DNA of 64,000 nucleotides from Chrysomallon squamiferum (Eukaryota > Animalia > Mollusca), in assembly GCA_012295275.1 (NCBI GenBank), contig CM022665.1, positions 22,196,001-22,260,000 on the forward strand. The letters are read 5' to 3'. The position numbers were made by a program, and so were the translations under genes. The stretch's first letter is position 1. The number at the start of each line of letters is the position of its first letter. Shown piece by piece: positions 1 through 34,582 of this stretch. The notes under the pieces are model-generated. The model did not search any database. It worked only from the letters and a program-made list of their open reading frames with translations, and had not been told where the DNA came from.

Positions 1-629
1 AAGCGTTGAATGATCTCAAAATATGAACAGTCTCTTTAGTACTGAAAATATGAAGTTATAACAAACTAATCTTTGAATTTATTGAAAGTATATTTCTTTC
101 ATTGAAACAATTATAAAAGTCATTAATGGTCATTTTAAGTTCTGTTTCAGTCTGATTCGGTAATCTTATGCAACACCAAAAACGTATAACTCAGACACGC
201 CGCTAGAGGTATTACACAGATTAAAAACACTGAAGTGTATCATAGACTCAACCTCTATTTTTTTTTTTTTTTAGAAGAACATCTCAGATTTACTTCGAGA
301 AATACGACTAGACTTACCGCTAGAAGTACACTTCGTACCTTCCGTTTTATTTATAACACAGACTTACTGAAATAAATACAAGCTCAGTTTAGTGATATCA
401 GCCGCGTTAATTATTACGTCTACTTCAGCAACATTAAGCACATAATTAGTAGTTGAAACAGACAGCAGTCAGTAATAATATTTGAATCAATGATGCATGA
501 AAGCAGATGGAAATCCTAGTCGGTTATTACCCACCTAGGTCAGACTGTTCCAAACATATAATAAATATTTTAACAAATATATACATATTCTAACAAACAG
601 ACAACAGACAAATAAATAAACAAACAAAT

Positions 630-751
630 AAACACACACATACATACACAAACACATACATACATACATACATACATACATACATACATACATACATACA
701 TACACACATAAATACATACATACATACATACACACATACATACATACACAC

Positions 752-798
<47 letters not shown>

Positions 799-907
799 TA
801 CACATACACATACACATACATACATACATACATACATACATACATACATACATACATACATACATACACACACACATACATACATACATACATTACACGC
901 ACACACA
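630..907. repeat. Compound (TACA)n/(CA)n microsatellite
   Basis: Direct reading; source of three spurious ORFs. Confidence 0.95.
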
Positions 908-1644
908 TCACAAATGCGTCCATATAAGTACTTTTATATTTGTTATGATGTTTTGTTAACACTCTTCAGTCTATTAAAACAGTGAACAGACCTTTTTTCA
1001 GTCATCAGTACAAGTCTGTATAACCTGTTCTAACACGTTTATCTGAGAATTGTAAATTGGCTAGCTCTTTGTCGAGAGCTCTGTAATGAACGAGTCTGAA
1101 TACGATTGTCAGCGGTTTGTACGCCACACAGCAAGAAAGATTCGATATCTAACTACACTTATTTATTTCATTTTTATGTTTAGGCCGGGGAAATCAAGTT
1201 ATAGGCCACGCAGGACAGATAATAGCTTAAATTTGATTGACCGCAGTAGATCTGAATGTATTATTGTTTTTTGAAATGTCATTGATTAAAAAGAACAATA
1301 GTACAAAGCGACATATTGAGGGCTGACTGGATTATAGAGATTATTGTAGTTAAAACCTGTCGTATAAATCCTCAAAGAACACCATAAAATGAAGAACATA
1401 CTGTCTCGTAATATTAATTGCTCTTTGGGTAATTTCTACAGATTAATTTAAAAGATGCATCACATCGCGTCAGAAAAAGTATCCAAACTGAGTGAAAATA
1501 TATCACTTAATCGTGCGACGTAATCCTAAAATGCTAGTTTCTTGGCCTAAAACAGAGTGGAATTAGCATGTTTTATTATTTTGAAACGATGATTTAGAGG
1601 AGAGTGATACACAGGCATCTTCACTACACTCCTCCTTACTGCAT

Positions 1645-1870
1645 CCTTTTCCAGCCATTGCCGCAAAAGCGATTTATCAAAGGCCATGGGAAATGCTTTC
1701 ATGTTTAAGGGAAGGTGCATGAAAAGGATCTGTTACTGCTAATTGTAAAAGAATACCCCATGTCATGGTGAGTTGCGTGTTATCTGTTTTCGTTCTCAGT
1801 ATGTAAATGTCGATATTTAACAATAGACTGAAGTGTGCTAAGTACTTTAATTATTTACTCATTTCACAAA
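1645..1870 (+). mobile_element. Degraded SINE, resembling the Meta-type central domain common in molluscs
   Basis: CCAGCCA..TCAAAGGCCATGG..GGGAAGGTGCATGAAAAGGATCTGTTACTGCTAAT..AAAGAATACCCCATG resembles, from memory, the mollusc SINE core GGTGCATATAAAAGATCCCTTGCTGCTAAT. Not database-checked. Confidence 0.45.
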
Positions 1871-2381
1871 AACAGTCTTTACCAAGAGTGTTTCAAACAA
1901 AAGGTTGATGATTATTCTCTATCTAGTCTGGTTCAAACGTGATAAGCACCTGCTCGCAGTCAGATCATATGAACATCTCTCTGGAATTAACTCATTTATT
2001 TATGCACCAAGTTTGTGAATTCAGCTAATCTGTAAAAGCATGTTCATTGAAAGGAATAGCAAAATGTAATAACTAACATTTTCTATATTTATTTATTTAT
2101 TTATTTTACTTTAAAAAAAAAAAATTAAAAACAATTATTTATAACATTTTCATTTATTACGCGGTTTCTTTCTGTAATTTTTCAAAATAATGTTTTTATA
2201 GAGGAAATGAAAATAAATATATTTCTGAGTATTTGTATTTGATGTTTGTCTTATTTAATTGAATATAAGATCTGTAAACTTCTTGAGATCAAACTTTAGT
2301 ACACAAGTACCCCACTGTAACCCAGTCCATGCCATTAAAATATATAAAAATACAAAAACAAATACATAATAATAATAATAA

Positions 2382-2412
<31 letters not shown>

Positions 2413-2854
2413 AAGAAGAAGATTTAAACTGATACCAGAGCGAATATGAAAGACTTATTACATTAAACAATTATATTATTGCAGGAGCTATAAAACACTT
2501 TAGCACCATTTAAAAGATGAAATAGAACCCAGATTTCAAGACTCTCCATCGCCAACGCATGGAAGTCCCAAGAACAAAACTGACAGTGAAACGTTTTGTT
2601 TCTTCACAGAAACAATGTTAAGGCACTCTATTACAGATACATCACACTGTTCAGCATAGGTTATTCCCATCGCTTGAAATACGGCTTATTTCATCGTCTA
2701 ATTTAACTGAATAACTACTACTAGAACGATACAGTGTTTAAAGAATTATGTTTAGCTTTCAGCCTATACTGTTATGACGTGTATATTAAAAGGCAATCTC
2801 ATTAAACTCAACGCCCCTGGATGCCTTCTAGTAGGAATCCTTTACACCCGAAAT

Positions 2855-2990
2855 GTCTCAAAATGGCGCACGCCCGGAAGCGTAGTGCGTGTGCTTTTCA
2901 AATGGGGTCTGCTATTTATATTGTCAAGTGTTTGTGAGAACTCTAATGACCAAATGGCGCTGTTAGCTGTAAAGTACCGCCGGGCTGTTA
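2855..2990 (+). promoter_or_regulatory. Promoter-like cluster with YY1-type and ETS-type motifs
   Basis: AAAATGGCG (~2860), CCGGAAG (~2874) and CAAATGGCG (~2951) in a CpG-enriched patch. Confidence 0.3.
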
Positions 2991-3345
2991 TGAAGAATCC
3001 GCAAATCTTCTCACTGGTCAATATTTTGGTTATATTTCATCGAAAATACGAACTAAAAGATATTTTTAGGACAAGAGATGGGGCACGAATGTTTTTAATG
3101 ACATATGTTTATTTTGTTGTTTTTGTGATATATTTAATGTTTCCATCATTTTCTTCCCAGTGAATAATATACAGTTTTTCTATTTTAAAGTTATATTTAT
3201 ATCATTACACTTTTGTACGTACAAACGGATAAAATTAAAACTATAAAACCTACTTTGACAGATGATTTATTTGAAAGTTGCCAATTTTTGTAGGTATGTT
3301 GTTGATTATTCTTGTTTTTTTTTTTTTTTTTTTCCATTTAATGAA

Positions 3346-3447
<102 letters not shown>

Positions 3448-5396
3448 GCAATTTTGCACAATAAAACAAAAGTCTCTTGTAGAGATGGGTGTTTGTTTCA
3501 TAGTCCTTAATTAATGGTACAATTTGTCTTAGAACTAATCCGACTGGAAGACGCATTAATTTTTCCAGCAATATCGTTCACTAGAACATTGCGCATTGCG
3601 TGCCCTTCTCTCCAGACTGACTCAGCAGGTCACTTTTCAATATTGAGGAAATCACGATTACTAACATTACTCAAAACAAAGTCAGTGACAGAACAACGTA
3701 ACCAAACAAACACATGCCTGGCCGTGGAAGAAATGTTTTCAGTTTAAGATTAATTATTGGCGGTGCTCTCTTAGACTTCTGTCTCATTCCTACAGCAGCA
3801 ACGTCTGCGGATTTCTTGTATAAGAAAATTATTACCGAGTACAAATAAAATAACCTTTTGCTGTCAGTTGGAGAAGCTTGTGAAATTTAGAAGCGTTTTT
3901 TTTTTTTTAATATAACGTGTGTAGTAACAAATTTTCATTTTAAATATTGGCTCAATTTTTAAATTCCTCCCCGATACAACGCAGATAGATACATAGAATT
4001 ATTTTATTATTAAAACGTTAAACCAGAGCTGTTTCACATGTTCTTATAATTACAAAGATACTCTGTATTATAAATGACTCAATAAGGTTAGAATATATCA
4101 TACAAACACACACACACGGTTAGATCTTTAGCTTCTTTGCCATTTTAAAAAGCGTTGCGTTTTAAGACCGCGAGACACGTGCTGTTCAGTTGAAGTGATG
4201 AATATATGAATACTTGCTTCACGAAACAGTAAAACATTTTAATATTTACGATTATGTTTTTGTTGTTGTTTTTCTTTTCTCTTTCTTCTTTTTTTAATAT
4301 TATTATTTTATTGCTTAAGTGTTGTTGTTTTTTTGCACGATAGGTGATAAAACATAATGAAAAAACGTACTCAATCATATGTCTTTCATCCTTAACAGTT
4401 CATTTTAAATATATATATATATAACGTTTTGTTAAATTAATATTCATGCATTTAAATTAACAATTACAAGAAATAATCTGGCTTCTCAGTAGCTTGTCCA
4501 AAACAGATATTTGACCGATTCTGTAGTTCTGTAGATATTCTCACACTTTAAAATAAAATATTTAAAATAATATTAATCTGTCGAGACTGCTAGACATTGA
4601 AATCCAACAAGTTTTCTCGGTACGTCAGGGATACGAGTTAAGTATGCTAACGCAATCAGTCATATAATTCCTTTCAGCGTTTGGGTTTAATCATTAACTT
4701 GTATAATAAGGAATCAGTGAGAATTTTAATTCCTTTCAGATTTGTGTAATTATTTTGTCTGACTCTTTTATACAATGAGGTTTTTAGATCCCACGAGGAT
4801 ACAGCCGGTTCGCATCGCCGCCATTTTTTGTTCTTTCATTAAGGGCATTCGTAGACTGTTGATTTGCTGAGACGTTTTATCAGTAAGATAATTAGTTATA
4901 TACATTAACAGTACAGTAAGATTTCCGATTCGTTTAGAAACTGAAAACAAAAGATTCATCTACAGTGACATTTCCTGGCATTTTCAGATATATGATGAAA
5001 TTAGCATTACTGCATGTTAGTATCAGTTGGGGAACTAACATTGCGTTTAATCGCATAGTGTGACCGCGTATTAAGGAACAGAGTGACCAACAGGGAAAGG
5101 ATGTAATTATTACAGATTAGTATTAGGCAAGATTTTTAGAGATGTGTCTATACCTAGAAATGACATTTCTGAATTAAATAAAATAAAACGATGGATGCTG
5201 TTTAATTAAAATAAAATAAATATGAATAAATATTTGTTTTATTTTATTAAAAAATAAAAAATAGATTTCTTTTATATTTTTGCTGTCCATCATAATTATT
5301 ATTTTGTAAATAGATCTGAAGTAACCTACACGTACAAAATGATTATGATAGATTACTAAAGACTTTTTCAGCAGTTATTGTTATTATTATTATTAT

Positions 5397-5428
<32 letters not shown>

Positions 5429-5728
5429 ATACGGTATAATATTTACTTCTTCGTAATAGACAGTTGCAAACACCAATCCCATATTTGATTTATGTGGAGC
5501 CGATGTCGTCGACTAATCCACTTTGGTTTTCAACTGTAACTGAATACTTTGATTGTTCAAACTTCCAGAAACTTCCAGTCTAAAAGGATTACCTAAAGCT
5601 TGACAATTGTATGTTCATACAAAAGGTAGTCTGGCGTTCAAGAAATGGAGTCAGACTACTATTACTCAGAGGTGTCATACATGATACTGCATTTTATTAT
5701 TTTTAATCTCTCTCTCATGTATATATGT

Positions 5729-5781
<53 letters not shown>

Positions 5782-7774
5782 AGTTTATCTCTCTATCTAT
5801 CTGTATATATTTATCCATCTATCTGTTATTTTTAATGATTATTTTGGGGATTATTTCTTGGGATTATTTTTGGGGAGCTTTTTAAATACTGCTTAAAGTA
5901 AAAATTAAAATGTCCATTAGTCATAGTTTTAATGAATGAAGTTAAATACGAAATGTTGATTCATTACCATTATGTGACAATATTCCAAATACACTCTAAT
6001 GTCATTTACATCATTGTGCAGAAGAATCAATACGCACATTAAACTAAAGAATTTAACACAGTTCATTATCAAAGTGCATATGTAGGACAATAAACTAATG
6101 GCTTAAATACATTGTATGTACTTCCATACTGTTGTTACATTTGCGTTTTATGGACAAACTCTACTAACAAAACAGTAAGACAACAAAAATGTCCTTCTTT
6201 TGGCGTGTATTTGTGAGAAAAATAAAAATAAATCAATTAATTAAAACAACACACATCAAGTATATGTGCAGATATAACAACAAAGCAGGAAGACATAAAA
6301 ACGTTATTCTGTTCACTTCCGCATTCATGCGAGTATAAACGGGACAACATGCAATAAAAATTATTTTTAAAACTATTTTATTGTTTGTTTATTATTTTCG
6401 GTAAACAATTAATTATTAAATGAAATAAACATGCTCTTTAAAACCATTTTATTGTTTGTTTTTACTATTTAGTGTAATAATAATAATAATAATTAAATGA
6501 AATAAAAACTGTTTTTAAAAACAAAAAGTGTTTATTGTTGCTGTGATTACTACTAACAATAATAACAGCAGGAATAATTCTTTGAGTAGGTTTTTATTAT
6601 TATTTTTTGTTATTATTTACTTCTAAAAATTTTTTTTTTTTTTTTTTTCATAACCATTTAAATTTATTAATAGTATCATTAAATCTACCTTTTATTATCT
6701 TAATAAACTGTACCTTAAATGCAGCGACAGTGAGTCACCTGGTGAGTGATGACACCCCCACCTCAGAGTGGCTAATACGGGATAACTCAAACTTGTCAAC
6801 TGATTTATCCTGGGGGACTGTTCACCTCAGGTACAGAACAAAAAATATTTAGATTAAAAATCATTTATAAAATATCTGACATTCAAATAAATTAATAAAT
6901 AAATTTAGCATACTGTATTTCCCCACCCCAACAAATTTTTAATAATGTGAAAAAGATAAAAGAATACCATCCATAACTGATCAATAGTTGTAATGGTATT
7001 GTTTTCTTACGACACTGGAAGAAAACATTAAAACAAATCAGACAGCCATCTTTGCTATGACATCACAGTTACAGGCTAAACTATTATTTTGTAGTTATAC
7101 TTCACTATTAATTAAAAATTAAAAATTAAATATAACTAGGAATTATGCAGAATATATTTCATCAAATTTATGCAATGGTCAGTGTGAAAAATGGTCACAT
7201 GATAAATATTTGTGGAATCTTTTTAGAATATATGTCTTCATTTTAATACTAGAAACTACCTTACAGCTAATGTAGCATACTGTATACATAAATATGATGT
7301 GAGAATGTTGTTATAACATTAAATTCATGTAAATATTGACAAAAACAGTAATTCTTAAGAATTACTTGTCTGAATTCAAATACCACTAAAGATCACATAC
7401 ATATAACATTGATTTTAAATATGTCTGTAAATTACTATGTTTTTACATACATATCAAAGAAGTGTAATTGTGGACATATATATGATATATTTAATACCAA
7501 GGATATGTCTACACATGTATTTCTATGTCTGTGTGTGCGTGAAAAATAGTCATCTTTCTATTCATCTAAATATTACAAATGATACACTTGTTTTTATAAA
7601 ATATTAACCGTTATAGGACAGCCTTAATTCTTTATGTTTTGCATACATTTTAATTTCATTTCACACATTTCATATCTACCATTTCAGACACATTCATTTA
7701 GACCTTTTTTTAATTTTGGCACAATAACTTTTCATTTTTTTGGTAGAATCACACATTTAATTTAGTACATCTAT

Positions 7775-8235
7775 TGCACCACTTCATTGTTTTGCAGTCA
7801 CTGCTTCACTTCATTTTTTAAAATATACTGCACCACTTCATTGTTTTTGCAGTCACTGCATCATTTTATTGTTTTGCAGTCACTGCTTCACTTCATTTTT
7901 TAAAATATACTGCACCACTTCATTCTTTTTGCAGTCACTGCATCATTTTATTGTTTTGCAGTCACTGCTTCACTTCATTTTTTAAAATATACTGCACCAC
8001 TTCATTGATTTTGCAGTCACTCATCATTTTATTGTTTTGCAGTCACTGCTTCACTTCATTTTTTAAAATATACTGCACCACTTCATTGATTTTGCAGTCA
8101 CTCATCATTTTATTGTTTTGCAGTCACTGCTTCACTTCATTTTTTAAAATATACTGCACCACTTCATTGATTTTGCAGTCACTCATCATTTTATTGTTTT
8201 GTTCACATCTACTGCATCACTTCATTTTTTTTGCA
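7775..8235. repeat. Tandem repeat, ~81-82-bp unit (~5 copies) built of ~27-bp subunits, just downstream of the copine stop
   Basis: Unit TTGTTTTGCAGTCACTGCTTCACTTCATTTTTTAAAATATACTGCACCACTTCATTGATTTTGCAGTCACTCATCATTTTA. Explains the 27-aa periodic ORF 7951-8304. Confidence 0.9.
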
Positions 8236-8357
8236 CAGTTGCTTCATTATGCAGCTGCAGTAATAATATTCTTAGGTTGTGAAGTCTTTGCTTCATTTCT
8301 TTGAAAACCTGAGACTGAGCGAGCCCTAATAGATTTCACAGTATGTGTGTGTGTGTC

Positions 8358-19469
<11,112 letters not shown>

Positions 19470-19702
19470 TATCAGAGATCTAGTAAAAGAAGAACAAAGA
19501 GATTAACAATACAAATGGATTTTAATACGTTTTTTTTTTTTTTTTTCAAGCAAGTTAAAGATTTCTTAAGTTGAGTAATGTATATTAAAACTGATAAACT
19601 TATAAGTTTGTGTGTGTAAACGTTTTTCGTGTAAAGTAATATTTCAGTTGTGTACGTAACAGCGAAGCGATGAATGGTAAATATCAAGATTTTATTAGTT
19701 TT

Positions 19703-19753
<51 letters not shown>

Positions 19754-20047
19754 GTATATCATAAAATAGATTTGGTTATCCTTAGCAGATTAGCAGACAT
19801 GTTAAGGCTCAGTTTAAAATTTGTAGGTACACATAATTACGAAGGTATTTACGGTCACTGACTAAACAACACGTGATTATGTTTAATATGAATGAAAAGC
19901 AAATAAATAAATACACCCATGTGTGTTTCTCTATACGTTGTTTTTATTTCTGTATACACACACACAAACACACACACACACACACAAACTAACACAAACT
20001 CTCACATACACACACACACGTATACATAAGTGACAGGCAGACAGACG

Positions 20048-20145
<98 letters not shown>

Positions 20146-20201
20146 TATTTGGAGATTATAATTATTAAGATTATGATTTTTATTTATAAAAAAAAAAAAG
20201 C

Positions 20202-20233
<32 letters not shown>

Positions 20234-20283
20234 GAAGAAGAAGGAAAAAAACAAACACAGTCAGTCAAAAAGCAGATACTTAC

Positions 20284-20480
20284 CTTTTACACTATTTGAA
20301 AATAGTTATATAATAACATATCTGCATATATTTATATAGACCATCGTAACATCACAATACACGATACACCAGGAGATAAATCCTGACAAGAACACTGTCA
20401 TTTGTATGATTTTCTAAACATGACCCGTACTGTCACCTCAAGTACCGTGCCCAGTCGTGTTTACCTTATCACCATGGCGG
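20284..20480 (-). other. Probable non-coding first exon (5' UTR) of the copine gene
   Basis: Strong donor AAG|GTAAGT at 20284/20283 on the minus strand, and an acceptor (TTTTACTAG, AG at 19481-19480) 10 nt before the ATG. The 5' boundary is a guess. Confidence 0.5.
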
Positions 20481-20939
20481 TCCTACTTGTTGACTTAAGG
20501 GTTTTTCACTCGCTTTTGTGAATAACCGATAAAACGGTCCCAATCGTTTTGTCGTAGCCTTGATAATCACAATTAATTATATTGCTTATGATCCGAACAA
20601 ATGCTGTTTACGAAGAATTTTTATTGCAATAAAAGTTATTTTGATTAATTCCGTATGGTAAACGGTTTGCTGTAAGCATTCGTGATTTGCCGATACTAAC
20701 TTAATCACTAAATTATAATAAATGAGGTACGTTAAGAGGAACACTGCTAAGAACCGTGGCGAATTGATCTGTCCATAAATTTCTAATCATACAAAGGAAT
20801 GTCATTAATTTGACATACGTGAAGAATGAAATAATAGATGGTCGTTGTATTAAGTTACGATGTATTTCCGAAACTGATTTTACATCTACAGTAACATACT
20901 CAACTGCTATACTACTACTACTACTACTACTACTACTAT

Positions 20940-20998
<59 letters not shown>

Positions 20999-21402
20999 TT
21001 ACTACTACTATTTTCTATTTTGACTGGATTAAGTTAAATAACCATCAGTGCGTAATGATAAACAAAACAAACAAAAATTAAAAACTACATTTTGGTGCTG
21101 AGACATAATTTTATTCTGTTGGTGACATTTTAATTTATCAGACTGAATTATCCAGTCCTTGTTTATTGAAAAAAAAATTCGGTAGTGTGTGCAAAAATAC
21201 GTAACTGACATATAGGACATTAAAAGCATTTAAAACACTGGAAAGGAAGTTTTATAAAAACCACGTAATAAATCAAATATTACTGACTGAGAAGTGAATC
21301 GAATTGTAAGTTCATACTGAAAATGAATTGTAATGTTAGGAAAAATCGATTGTTAGAAATGATTGCTCTTGAAGAATGGAGTCGATTTTCGAATTTTTAT
21401 TT

Positions 21403-30705
<9,303 letters not shown>

Positions 30706-31152
30706 CACTTTTTCTAATATGAAAATGTTAAATGTTTCTCAACACAGCTCATAAATATGATTCCTGTCATTCGCGTTAAAACACATTTGTTTGCCTTAGT
30801 ACACACTACGTGGGTTTCTAAAAGCAACGACAAAGTGCATTTACTTTAGTTGGTAAAAGGTATGATGTATGTATAGCCTAAAAAGAGGACCGCTATTTCT
30901 CTTTGGTCATCGCTTATTTGTGAGGTAAGCAGTCGTTTATTTAAGTTCGTGATCCAAACAAATACATACGTATTTCGTGTCATTGGTATCTCTATTAACT
31001 TGAACATAATAACAAATTGACTTAAATGCGCCATTGAACTTGACAAATTATTTCACGTTTTTAATTTCTAATTAATATTGTAGTCAGTTTACACTGAAAA
31101 AAATACTATCTATGGTTCAATCAAAAACTTTTAATGTTATTTACGTCATCTT

Positions 31153-31215
<63 letters not shown>

Positions 31216-31487
31216 TAATATTCTAAAACATAAATTGTGTTATTTACTTTTATCTACTGATATTTGTAAATGCTCCAACTTCAAACATTGAGTTCTTCGT
31301 TCTTGATCGTTGCGCAAAATTCCACTTAGAACTTCACCGTGCGTTGAATACAGATATATATATAGATATATATATTCGAATATTATACCGTATTAATATT
31401 TAACCATTGCTTATACACACGTGCATTATATAATATAATTTTAAACATATACCTCTCTTATCAATGAAACAGCAGTTGATTTTTTTC

Positions 31488-31573
<86 letters not shown>

Positions 31574-32218
31574 ATATCAAATTTCTTCCGTTGGGAGTGA
31601 AAGATTGATGAAAATATTTTTTAAACATTATTGTACAGGAATTTGTATTCATTGAAGGCATACTATACACTACAGCGCTGTAGTGATTAAAAATATGTGA
31701 CTTCTAGGGTGTCTTCCCATTTGGTAGAATTCCCAGTTCGTATAATTCCCATTTCGTAGAAAAAACTCGTGTACCGCAATACCTGATTACCTCTGTTTAT
31801 AATGAACTTGGCCTGTACATACATCTGGTTTCTTTCTAACATTCAGAGGCGGAGCGCATTGTTCCTAAATCAATTATGTAACATCAACCGAAAGCAGAAT
31901 AAGCGTTCACTGCTCATTTGTTGTAGATTTTTTTATACCATTTCATTATTATCATCATCATCTTCTTCCTTCTCATTATCATCATCATAATCATCATCAT
32001 CAACATTATTATTATTATAATATTATTACTATTATTGTTGTTGTTGTTATTATTATTATTATTGTTATTATTATTATTCGTATTCTTCTCTTCTTTTTTT
32101 TCGTATTATTATTATTATTATTATTATTTAAACTGGTCATTTCTAATTCATAAACATTTCCTTTCCGTTACAAAACAAGCGACCAATAATAAACAATTTT
32201 ACATCAATTTCATCTATC

Positions 32219-32272
<54 letters not shown>

Positions 32273-33209
32273 CGGCACGATGTGTTTTTTGTTAATTTTG
32301 CTTCTGTAAAAGAAAACGACAAAAATATTATAAATAACTAATTTTATTCAGCAATATAATTTGAAAAAAAACATATTGTACATACGAGTAATTCACTTAT
32401 ATTCAGTAAATAGAATGTGAACGTTACATTTATCATTAACTGTTCGAATTAAACCATATTCAGCTTAACCATGTTCAAGATATATGTTACTCAGCATATT
32501 TACGTTATGCACACATACATATTCACATTGTGCACATATTATATAATATATGTGACATAGTATGTTAATAGTATGTACACTAAAGATATTATGACCTGCA
32601 AATACTTTGCAAAAGTCATAGCGACTGAAAATGTTTTTCCGCAGGACCAAATCATTGGGGACACATTTAGATCAATACCTTCTTTTTTAATTATTTACAT
32701 TCACTACATTCGATACTTAGATTATTTCGATATTTGTCATATTTGCATACTTTATGCGATAAGCGATATCCATACTACAATAATACCTCAGATTAAAAAT
32801 GTAATTGGTTCCAAATTTCCGATAGCTAAGTGAGATATCGTTAAGCGGGAGACTAATTTACATAGAATTAAGGTTAAAAGCAGTGGTTACTTTCTCGTTG
32901 ATGAAATTTGAGAAAAAAAGAAAGAAAAAAAAAAGGGAAATAAGGAGAAATAAAACAGCAGTTTAGACATAAATGATTTAATAGATTATAGATATTAAGT
33001 AAACAGTAAATCATTTACAAATCAGTTTATACAAATACATTAAGAAATAATTATATGCCGCTCATTGTGGGTTCATTTTTGTGGGTTTTGGTTTCATTTG
33101 TGATAATGTATTTTGTATTTAAAGTTATTGTCTTCCGTTTCTTTTTATCATCAGCATTTGCCGGTATCGTGTTATTCGTTTTGACATATTGGAAGAGCAG
33201 ATTACAAAC

Positions 33210-33285
33210 GAGTAATTACTGTACAACATGTTAAATGTTAGTCGTACTTTTCTATACCGCTTTTGCCATATACAGGTATTTGTAA

Positions 33286-33341
<56 letters not shown>

Positions 33342-34262
33342 TAATAATAATAATAATAACAGTTAAAAAATGAATGAATGAATAAATAAATAAATGAACA
33401 GCTGAATATAATAAAAACATTTTCAGTGTGGTTGTGATATCTCTACAGCTGCATTCAGTATCCAAATATCTTCCAGAATATATTTTTGTGTCTTTTGGTT
33501 TGAATATATGTAGGTGTGTTTGTGTAATTGCGTTAATGCAGAGATCGTTATGCGAATAAATGTTCCATCAAAACTCGATATTTTAATAAAAGTATTTGAA
33601 ACGAGAAAATATACATACCACTGATGTAAACAGCAGAAAATTCAAGTAACACCAAATTAACGGCCATTGTTTCACATTAGTCCCCAGTGAGTTAAACATC
33701 GCCATCACTTTTTTCTAATATGAAAATGTTAAATGTTTCTCAACACAGCTCATAAATATGATTCCTGTCATTCGCGTTAAAACACATTTGTTTGCCTTAG
33801 TACACACTACGTGGTTTTCTAAAAGCAACGACAAAGTGCATTTACTTTAGTTGGTAAAAGGTATGATGTATGTATAGCCTAAAAAGAGGACCGCTATTTC
33901 TCTTTGGTCATCGCTTATTTGTGAGGTAAGCAGTCGTTTATTTAAGTTCGTGATCCAAACAAATACATACGTATTTCGTTTCACTGGTATCTCTATTAAC
34001 TTGAACATAATAACAAATTGACTTAAATGCGCCATTGAACTTTTTTTTTCAAATTATTTCACGTTTTTAATTTCTAATTAATATTGTAGTCAGTTTACAT
34101 TGAAAAAAATACTATCTATGGTTCAATCAAAAACTTTTAATGTTATTTACGTCATCTTATATATATATATAATCTTCACATAGTTATTATATTCCTATTG
34201 TTATTTGTAAATGCTCCAACTTCAAACATTCAGTTTTTCGATCTCGATCGTTGAGCAAAATT
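33210..34262. repeat. Secondary ~1.05 kb duplication of cadherin intron 1, exon 1 and upstream region
   Basis: Near-identical to 30240-31321 apart from microsatellite lengths and small indels. Confidence 0.88.
33619..33705 (-). CDS. Third (orphan) copy of cadherin exon 1 with its upstream region
   Basis: Identical to 30619-30705, exactly 3000 bp away. Lies in duplicated block 33210-34262, which corresponds to 30240-31321. Confidence 0.6.
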
Positions 34263-34582
34263 GATGTGACTGCAAAAAGTTAATTTTAAATGTATCTTCT
34301 GTTAATATATTTAAAAAAATATTTTATACAGCACATATAAAATAGAAAATAGAGTACCTTACATTTTTTTTATGTTTGAAATCTATCATAATTAACTTGT
34401 CTTGAAAATCAAAGTAGTTCTTCTTGCCTGTAACATTTGCTGAGTTGTTTTTCTCTTTACTTTTAATTTGCAACCTTCTTTTAATTTCTATGATCTCTAG
34501 TTTCCTTTTATGCTTTATTTTATTGTATTTCATTTTATTTTATTTCATTTCATTTCAATTCAACTGTACTTATCAGATATGG

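Noticed and set aside
535-962. Overlapping ORFs rich in CMYV, and all similar poly-SL, poly-ER, poly-L, poly-I, poly-Y and poly-F ORFs across the window
   Set aside because: They are translations of microsatellites that lack stop codons, with no protein-like content.
2500-2520. TAGCACCATTT resembles the 5' half of miR-29
   Set aside because: The 3' half diverges and there is no upstream pairing arm.
7951-8304. 117-aa ORF with repeated CSHC motifs
   Set aside because: A product of the 81-bp tandem repeat on the strand opposite the copine 3' region, with a non-ATG start.
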